Assembly: GCA_036478295.1 (NCBI GenBank) | Contig: JAZGDW010000196.1 | Location: forward strand, 1 to 10,966 | Source: Candidatus Krumholzibacteriia bacterium | GTDB lineage: Bacteria; Krumholzibacteriota; Krumholzibacteriia; WVZY01 | DNA: 10,966 nt | Direction of reading: 5' to 3' | Part shown: piece after piece, positions 5,312-10,966 of the stretch | Numbering within the stretch: the first letter of the stretch is position 1 | Layout: each line of letters begins with the position of its first letter | Notes under the pieces: generated by a model | What the model was told of the DNA's origin: nothing | What the model saw: the letters and a program-made list of their open reading frames with translations, nothing else | Databases searched by the model: none | Program-made: the position numbers and the translations under genes

Positions 5312-7771
5312 ACGTTCGCCGATTGGTATATCCAGATCAACCCTGTTCGCCATCTGTTCTTCGACGCGGTAGCGCTTGTCGTCAGCGGTGTTCCACTCGT
5401 TCTGTTGGGCCATCGGGTCCGCCGAAGCCACTGGCTCGCGTCGATAATCTACCTTGCGGTCGCTATGGCGGCCAGCGCCTCGGTCACTGTCGCGGCCTTC
5501 GGCATGGATCTTACCCTCCTTCACACACCCATCATGATCGCTGCGGGCCTTGGGGTCATTGTCATCGCCATGACCCCTCACTGGAACGCATTTGGTCAGA
5601 TAACGTTCACGATGACAATTCTGAGCGCCCTGAGTTTCCTTGGTTACGCCGCGTTCGTGACGTTCTTTTCCGAACTGGGCCCGCTCAGCCTTACGTTCTC
5701 GGTCCTCCTGTTACTCCTTGAGATCGGCGCTTTCACGCTTCTCGTGTTGCACACCTTCGAGGTACTGGACGTCGTGTGCCGTCTCCGGTGGAAACGGATC
5801 TTTGAGCCTCGCCCAACGACCGACTATTTTCCGAAGGTTTCTCTTCATTTGCCTGCCTACAACGAGCCGCCAGAGATGGTGAAGCAAACCCTCGATGCGC
5901 TCGCGAGACTCGATTACCCCAATTATGAGGTGATCGTCATCGACAACAATACGATTGACGAAGAGACCTGGAAACCTGTCGAGGAGCACTGCCGGCAGCT
6001 CGGCTTTACGTTCTTTCACCTGGAAAACTGGCCTGGATATAAGTCCGGCGCACTCAACTATGCGCTTCGGCATACAGCGAGTGACACGGAGATTATCGGT
6101 GTGGTTGATTCGGACTACGTCGTGGAACCGAACTATCTCCGGGACTTGGTGGGTTTTTTTCGGGATCCTAAGATTGCATTTGTGCAGACGCCGCAGGACT
6201 ACCGTGACTTCGACAAGAACGATCCCTACGAGATGGCTTGTTACCACGCTTACCAGTATTTTTTCAAAGTGTCGATGGCCACTCGCAACGAGCGGAACGG
6301 CATCATCTTTGGTGGTACGATGGGCTTGCTCCGGCGGGAGGTATTGGAGCTGGTCGGTGGATGGGACGAATGGTGCATCACCGAGGATGCCGAGATATCC
6401 CTGCGTATTCTCGGTCGTGGCTACGAGTCGGTGTACGTAGACCGCACCTACGGGCGCGGATTGATGCCTCTCAACTTTAACGGACTGAAGAAGCAGCGTT
6501 TTCGGTGGGCGTTCGGTGGTATGCAGCTTCTGCGGATGCATTGGGCAAAGCTAATGCCGTGGAGCCGGTGGGCGGATCGGGACAACCGCCTCACGTTTGG
6601 GCAGGCATTCGATTACGTCTCTGGCGGGCTTCAATGGTTGAGCGACCCATTGTCGTTCGCCTTTACCAGCCTCCTTCTAGTGGGTGGCGTGGCACTCGCC
6701 TTCACGCACTCATTCCACCTGCAGCCGCTTGCTCACGCGGCACTGTTCGTTCCGCTCGTCTTCATCGTCTTTGGTGTCACGAAGTTTTTGTGGGCGTTTC
6801 GGGTCCGAACGGGATGTTCGCTCATCCAGGCGTACCGGGCGTTTGTCATTCTGCTCTCCATGACGTGGGTGGTGACCTTGGCGTGCGTCCTGGGTCTGAC
6901 AAAATCGGAAGGGGTGTTCTTGCGGACGCCGAAGCACCGCGAAGAATCTTCGCTGATACAACATCTGAAAGTTGCGGAAAGGGAAATGTGGATATCCGGG
7001 GTGTGCTTAGGGGTGATCGTGCTGCTCCTCATTTCAGAGCCCATTTCCGGTCCGCTGGTTTTTCTTGTGGGGCTCCTGCTGTGGCAGAGCTTCATCTATG
7101 GATCGACGTCGCAGGCCGTTTTCTGGAGCTGGCGGAGCGAGATGGCAGTTGGGGATTCGCCCCGCCGCTACATGTCCCGGACGACCGGCGAGCGCATCCG
7201 CGGCATGGTGACCGACGCGCGGGGTGTGCTTGCCATTACGGGAGTGCTTGGGTTGGCCGTGTTGCTGTTCTACCTCGCGGTTATAAACAGTCCCGAGCGC
7301 GAACGGATCTTTCGCACCAATCCACTCCAGCAACCCCTGATTGCAACCCCGCTGGTTCGCAACCCGCCGGAATCATTCGTAAAGGCGAAGATCTTTCTCG
7401 AAGAGCGAGCAACGCTTCAACAAGACATCGAAGCAATCATGAAGTTGTGGACTGAAGACGGGGTAATTCGCGATGCGAATTACACACCGGATAACCTGGG
7501 AGACGACCGGGTCTGGACAGGCACCCACCAAATCCGCCTACGGTATGCGGAAGAGTTTGCCCGTCGCGAGTATCTGCATCTGGAGCACCGCAAGGTATCG
7601 GTGCTCATCGAGGAGACGCGTGCGGTTCTGGTAAACGACCTGGACGCCAGGCTCCTGAGCGACGGAACGTTACAGAAGGTGTTTCTCTCACGCGGTGACC
7701 GCTGGGAGCTCGTCAAGAAAGGTGACGAATGGAAGATCAAAAGCCTCACCTACAATCGTGCCATGCGCTAG
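5312..7771 (+). CDS. Processive multi-pass GT2 glycosyltransferase (cellulose-synthase/NdvB-like beta-glucan synthase) with a C-terminal NTF2/SnoaL-like domain
   Basis: Motifs PAYNEP, DNN, GYKSGALN, VVDSD (DxD at 6107-6115), QTPQDY, ITEDAE (6380-6388), GRGLMP, QRFRW (QxxRW at 6494-6508) and FLRTPK (gating-loop-like), plus about 10 hydrophobic segments. The start is uncertain: the first canonical starts are TTG 5405 and ATG 5465, but the strong SD points to in-frame ACG 5312. Confidence 0.9.
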   Translation, partial: TFADWYIQINPVRHLFFDAVALVVSGVPLVLLGHRVRRSHWLASIIYLAVAMAASASVTVAAFGMDLTLLHTPIMIAAGLGVIVIAMTPHWNAFGQITFTMTILSALSFLGYAAFVTFFSELGPLSLTFSVLLLLLEIGAFTLLVLHTFEVLDVVCRLRWKRIFEPRPTTDYFPKVSLHLPAYNEPPEMVKQTLDALARLDYPNYEVIVIDNNTIDEETWKPVEEHCRQLGFTFFHLENWPGYKSGALNYALRHTASDTEIIGVVDSDYVVEPNYLRDLVGFFRDPKIAFVQTPQDYRDFDKNDPYEMACYHAYQYFFKVSMATRNERNGIIFGGTMGLLRREVLELVGGWDEWCITEDAEISLRILGRGYESVYVDRTYGRGLMPLNFNGLKKQRFRWAFGGMQLLRMHWAKLMPWSRWADRDNRLTFGQAFDYVSGGLQWLSDPLSFAFTSLLLVGGVALAFTHSFHLQPLAHAALFVPLVFIVFGVTKFLWAFRVRTGCSLIQAYRAFVILLSMTWVVTLACVLGLTKSEGVFLRTPKHREESSLIQHLKVAEREMWISGVCLGVIVLLLISEPISGPLVFLVGLLLWQSFIYGSTSQAVFWSWRSEMAVGDSPRRYMSRTTGERIRGMVTDARGVLAITGVLGLAVLLFYLAVINSPERERIFRTNPLQQPLIATPLVRNPPESFVKAKIFLEERATLQQDIEAIMKLWTEDGVIRDANYTPDNLGDDRVWTGTHQIRLRYAEEFARREYLHLEHRKVSVLIEETRAVLVNDLDARLLSDGTLQKVFLSRGDRWELVKKGDEWKIKSLTYNRAMR

Positions 7772-8535
7772 TGAAGCGAGTCAGCCCGTTCCTTTCTCGC
7801 GGCACGGTTGTGGTCGCGCACTTGCTTTGTCTGGTCGGCCCGGTCACACACGCTCGCGGCGCCGAGCTCTTTGGCGGCTGGGAGGGTGACACCAATATCC
7901 AGGGGTACGCGTTCGTCAGTCTCGGGGTGGCCGGCCCACTCACGCCACGAATCTCCGTCGCCGCGCGCATCACGTCCAGTTATTTGTATTACGAGTTTCC
8001 CGAGGGTTCGGCGACGGTGGACGTCACTTCTCCCGGCGTCGATTTTCTGGTTGGACCTCGTTTGGCGGTTGGAGACGGAGGAAGTCTGCTGGTTGTCGGT
8101 GGCGTGGAACTGCGCCGGAACACGGAAGAGGCGGCCGACCGGGTAAAGGGTACGGTGACAAAAGAAGAGGATAACAGGACGGCCGCGCGGGCCCAGGCGC
8201 TGTTGTATCTACCCTTCCGGCAGCAGAACGTCGGCATGTTGTTGGTGGACTACGGCGATGCAAATCAGTACATATTTTCCAAGCTTGTTCTCAAACGGCG
8301 TGTGACGGCGCTCCGGGAAGGGACGACGACGTCCGCGATGCTGGGTGTCGACGTCACCGGGCAGGGCAACGACGACGTCCGCTCCTTTCAGGTGGGTGGC
8401 CTGATCGAGCTGTCCTTCGTGAACGTCCCGTTGAACATCGGTCTCAGAGCCGGGTACAAGCGGTCACGGTTCGCCGACGACACAAGTTGGGACGGAGCAT
8501 ATTTCGGAGCGGATTTTTACACGCGGTTCCCGTAG
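7771..8535 (+). CDS. Outer-membrane beta-barrel protein, BcsS/YaiO-like, 254 aa
   Basis: GTG 7771 overlaps the GT2 TAG (TAGTG), suggesting translational coupling. Signal-peptide-like MKRVSPFLSRGTVVVAHLLCLVGPVTHARG. Amphipathic strands (ELFGGWEG, SYLYYEF, VDFLVGPRL, NIGLRAGYKR) and a terminal strand YFGADFYTRFP. The BcsS resemblance is by eye and by context. Confidence 0.7.
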   Translation: MKRVSPFLSRGTVVVAHLLCLVGPVTHARGAELFGGWEGDTNIQGYAFVSLGVAGPLTPRISVAARITSSYLYYEFPEGSATVDVTSPGVDFLVGPRLAVGDGGSLLVVGGVELRRNTEEAADRVKGTVTKEEDNRTAARAQALLYLPFRQQNVGMLLVDYGDANQYIFSKLVLKRRVTALREGTTTSAMLGVDVTGQGNDDVRSFQVGGLIELSFVNVPLNIGLRAGYKRSRFADDTSWDGAYFGADFYTRFP

Positions 8536-8581
8536 CGGCGCGAGTCCCGCACCCCACCCGCGACCGCGGATTCCCGGCCAA

Positions 8582-8604
8582 ATTGTGCCAGATTGTGCTA
8601 GAAT
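8582..8604 (+). promoter_or_regulatory. Extended -10 promoter candidate with a tandem 10-bp direct repeat
   Basis: TG-C-TAGAAT at 8596-8604. ATTGTGCCAG/ATTGTGCTAG at 8582-8601. SD GGAGGT at 8614-8619. No clear -35. Confidence 0.45.
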
Positions 8605-8625
8605 GGTCGGACCGGAGGTGACTGC

Positions 8626-9291
8626 ATGGGTGCTCCAGTGACAAAGGTCCGCACGTTTGCCGCGGTCGTCTTTGCGATGATCGCTACTGCGCTCGCTCTC
8701 CCGCTGCCGGCGAGCGCGCAGCCGGATAGCTGCCTGACGCTCGCTGCCCTGGACGACGGCACGGGACTTCCCGCCGGCGGCATTCCCGATCTCATCATGT
8801 CCGAGATCTCACCGGGCGCGTTCATCGAACTCTATAACACGACATCCGCCCCCATCCCCCTTGCCGGCGTGACGCACAACCTGTGCTCGCCCCTGGCCTA
8901 CCTGCCCCTGAATTTGTTTCCGGGAGTCATCGTGCCGGCTGGCGGCTATGCGACCATCCCCTGGCCGGTGGGCTTCATCGATACCGCTGCCGGCGGCGAG
9001 ATCCTTCTCTTTCGAAATTCACTCTTCAATATCTCGAGCAACATCCAGGATTTCGTCTGCTGGGGAGTCAACCCGCACGGCAGCCGCAAGTCGCAGGCGG
9101 AAAGTGTGGGCAAGTGGGCGGGCGCGTGTGCCACGCCGCTCACCGGAGGTTCCATTCACCGCATGATTGGAACGACCGGCACGACTGCGGCGTCGTACGA
9201 TGTCACCTCCCCCCCGTCGCCGGACGACTGCATGCCGACGGTGCCCGTCCATGACACCACCTGGGGCAGGGTGAAGGCGCTGTTTAACTGA
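8626..9291 (+). CDS. Secreted lamin-tail-domain (LTD)-like protein with a C-terminal TWGRVKALF motif, 221 aa
   Basis: Signal peptide ending LALPLPASA. LIMSEI, FIELYNTTSAPIPLAG, VPAGGYATI, GEILLF, IQDFVCWG follow the LTD pattern. Strong SD. Confidence 0.8.
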   Translation: MGAPVTKVRTFAAVVFAMIATALALPLPASAQPDSCLTLAALDDGTGLPAGGIPDLIMSEISPGAFIELYNTTSAPIPLAGVTHNLCSPLAYLPLNLFPGVIVPAGGYATIPWPVGFIDTAAGGEILLFRNSLFNISSNIQDFVCWGVNPHGSRKSQAESVGKWAGACATPLTGGSIHRMIGTTGTTAASYDVTSPPSPDDCMPTVPVHDTTWGRVKALFN

Positions 9292-9320
9292 GCCGCGATA
9301 GCGATCGTTCAAATGGAGTA

Positions 9321-9953
9321 CTAATAGGCGAGACCGGCGATCGTTATCACGAACGAAACGGCATTGATTTCCGTTTCCCCAAGAAACGGTAGTGTGTCGC
9401 TCGGCTTTCCCCAATTGACCATCGCCTCGAGTGACCAGTGCGGTTTGAACTCCCACCCCACGCCGGCACCGAGGCCAAAACCCACCAGCGCGCTCGAGCC
9501 ATCCTCAAAAGGCGCGTCCCAGACCGACACACCGAGAACGCCCATAACGTACGGTGAAGGTACCGTTTCCTCGAAATAATAACTGATACCCACCAGGCCC
9601 ACGGAGTTGGCAATAATCACATCATTGATTACTGCTACGTTCGAGGTGGTGCGAACCGTCGAGTCAACGACCGAGAACCATGACACATTATTGACGTAGT
9701 AAATCATGACTTGCTCGCCAATACCGGCACCGATCTTGAAACTCGTCGCCAGCCCGAACTCGCTTTCCCTGGGGATTTTCTCGATGGTAGTCGTAAAAAA
9801 ACTAAACCGGGTCTCCTGCGTAAAACTCGTCACGCTCGGGCCTATCCCGAATCCGAGTATGAATCCGCTTCGCCGCTCGTCAAACGCCCTGGCCGTGCCA
9901 GCGGTAATGAGCATCACCCCGAGAATTGACCCAACGAACAGACTGCGACGCAT
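9321..9953 (-). CDS. Small outer-membrane beta-barrel protein (OmpA/OmpW-like, about 8 strands), 210 aa
   Basis: ATG 9953 with SD GGAAGGA. Signal peptide ending TARA. GFILGFGIG, PYVMGVLG, GFGLGAGVGWEFKPHWSLEA, and a terminal aromatic residue (GLAY). Confidence 0.85.
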   Translation of the reverse strand: MRRSLFVGSILGVMLITAGTARAFDERRSGFILGFGIGPSVTSFTQETRFSFFTTTIEKIPRESEFGLATSFKIGAGIGEQVMIYYVNNVSWFSVVDSTVRTTSNVAVINDVIIANSVGLVGISYYFEETVPSPYVMGVLGVSVWDAPFEDGSSALVGFGLGAGVGWEFKPHWSLEAMVNWGKPSDTLPFLGETEINAVSFVITIAGLAY

Positions 9954-9972
9954 AACGACTCCTTCCACTTCT

Positions 9973-10004
9973 ACTTAGCGCCACGGCGACTTGACGCCAC
10001 GGCG
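9973..10004. repeat. Tandem 16-bp near-perfect direct repeat (2 copies)
   Basis: ACTTAGCGCCACGGCG (9973-9988) and ACTTGACGCCACGGCG (9989-10004), 14/16 identical. Confidence 0.85.
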
Positions 10005-10072
10005 CCCGGCCAGTGTTCAATTTTCCTGTATCCTATCAGGTTCACGCTCTACTATCGATACATAATTCCCCG

Positions 10073-10101
10073 TTGCCGGATAGACCGAAGTCGGCTAGAA
10101 T
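10073..10101 (+). promoter_or_regulatory. Sigma70-type promoter candidate for the lipoprotein gene
   Basis: TTGCCG (10073-10078), 17-nt spacer, TAGAAT (10096-10101). Confidence 0.5.
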
Positions 10102-10190
10102 GCGCATCGTTGCACTTCACCACCCCGGGGCGTGCCGACGCGCGGGGCAGCACCATCAACGGACCGGGCAGGAAAAAGATCAAATCACGC

Positions 10191-10727
10191 GTGCATGCGA
10201 GAACCCCTTATCTCTTCGCGCTGGTGCTTATCGCCGCGGTGTGCGCCGGCTGTACGGCGCTCGAGCGGGCAAGAACCGGGCGCCTGGCACATGCGACCTG
10301 CCGCATGCTCATGATATTCGGCGGCGGCCCGTCACGGCCCATGAGGGACGTGAGGCCGGGCGAGAAGAACTGGATGGTCGTTCACGTATCGATGTCGGAT
10401 TCGACGTACGAGTTCGGCCACGTCGCCCGCGGCCGGGATTTTGAAGCGTACTCCTCCAGTGTGGAGGGTATCTTCCAGGTCCAGGGCGGCATGTTGATAG
10501 ACTTTGCGCTACGCGAGCTCGCCGTGGAGATGACGGTCTACCCGCTCGAGGAGTATGGCGCGTGCGAATTCGCCGGCCCGGCAATGCGGGCGTCCCTGGC
10601 GCTCTTTCCCCAGGTGGAGCATTCTTACCATTCCATCGTGAAATTTACCTTCATCACGCCGGGCGATACCGTCAGGGTGGAAATAACGACATCGTCGCCG
10701 AACGGTTTTGGGCCCGCCGACCGTTGA
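10191..10727 (+). CDS. Hypothetical lipoprotein, about 178 aa
   Basis: From GTG 10191: MHARTPYLFALVLIAAVCAGC (basic n-region, hydrophobic h-region, AGC lipobox). The ORF-track start at 10110 adds 27 aa that do not look like a signal peptide. No recognisable domain and only a weak SD. Confidence 0.6.
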   Translation: MHARTPYLFALVLIAAVCAGCTALERARTGRLAHATCRMLMIFGGGPSRPMRDVRPGEKNWMVVHVSMSDSTYEFGHVARGRDFEAYSSSVEGIFQVQGGMLIDFALRELAVEMTVYPLEEYGACEFAGPAMRASLALFPQVEHSYHSIVKFTFITPGDTVRVEITTSSPNGFGPADR

Positions 10728-10870
10728 TTGTCCGGGGAGGGAACCCGGGCGACCACCAGGTTAACACAATATCGCTCCCGCTCTGCGGGAGTACGAAACC
10801 GCCGGTGTCACCGAGTAATTATTGATCGACAGGAATGGGCCCTTTCAGGCATGTTTCGTGCTTGCGGAGG

Positions 10871-10936
10871 GAAGGGGCGGCCCGTATACTGGGAGTACCC
10901 AGTGAAGGGGCGGCCCGTATACTGGGAGTACCCAGT
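10871..10936. repeat. Perfect 33-bp tandem duplication, each copy ending in a 16-bp inverted repeat
   Basis: GAAGGGGCGGCCCGTATACTGGGAGTACCCAGT at 10871-10903 and 10904-10936. Palindrome ACTGGG-AGTA-CCCAGT at 10888-10903 and 10921-10936. Confidence 0.95.
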
Positions 10937-10966
10937 TCGTTGGTTTCCCCACAATTGTTTTGTCCC

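Noticed and set aside
6154..6160. T7 homopolymer in the GT2 gene as a phase-variation tract
   Set aside because: Short, in frame, and explained by Gly-Phe-Phe codons.
7160..7200. RRYMSR as a PilZ-type RxxxR c-di-GMP motif
   Set aside because: No DxSxxG motif or PilZ barrel follows. A TM helix comes next, and the arginines are explained by the positive-inside rule.
1067..7455. Long alternative ORFs (1067-1792-, 3194-3781+, 4257-5099+, 5105-5581-, 5711-6541-, 6505-7455+)
   Set aside because: All overlap better-supported genes wholly or partly and show no recognisable motifs. Long shadow frames are expected in GC-rich DNA.
5312..7771. Naming the GT2 gene bcsA or ndvB
   Set aside because: No PilZ domain and no GH17 domain. 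The product linkage cannot be read from the motifs.
10728..10870. Riboswitch, ribozyme or terminator in the right-hand intergenic region
   Set aside because: Only a short 7-bp hairpin without a U tract, and no conserved core of any RNA family I recognise.
10871..10936. CRISPR array interpretation of the 33-bp palindromic repeats
   Set aside because: Only two copies, directly abutting, with no unique spacer and no cas gene in the window.

Overview
GC-rich bacterial DNA with about 11 genes, mostly encoding cell-envelope or exported proteins. Three predicted outer-membrane beta-barrels imply a diderm host. From left to right: (1) a lipoprotein serine hydrolase of the beta-lactamase/SxxK family on the minus strand, running off the left edge; (2) a toxin-antitoxin pair (XRE-HTH fused to Panacea/DUF4065, then a RelE/HigB-like toxin) with a near-consensus promoter and a palindromic operator; (3) a DUF4236-TPR protein; (4) a secreted tandem-domain protein; (5) an outer-membrane barrel; (6) a divergent two-gene module of a processive GT2 glycan synthase with an unusual C-terminal NTF2-like domain, coupled to a BcsS-like barrel; (7) a lamin-tail-domain secreted protein; (8) a small OM barrel; (9) an unknown lipoprotein; (10) a perfect 33-bp tandem duplication containing palindromes. 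Three observations stand out. Two unrelated secreted proteins end in the same motif, VP[IV]xxxTWG[KR][IV]K[SA]L[YF], a candidate C-terminal sorting or anchoring signal. The GT2 synthase has no PilZ or GH17 domain but carries a probably periplasmic NTF2-like domain. The GT2 gene also appears to start at an ACG codon behind a perfect Shine-Dalgarno sequence. Family names come from motif recognition by eye; no database searches were run.
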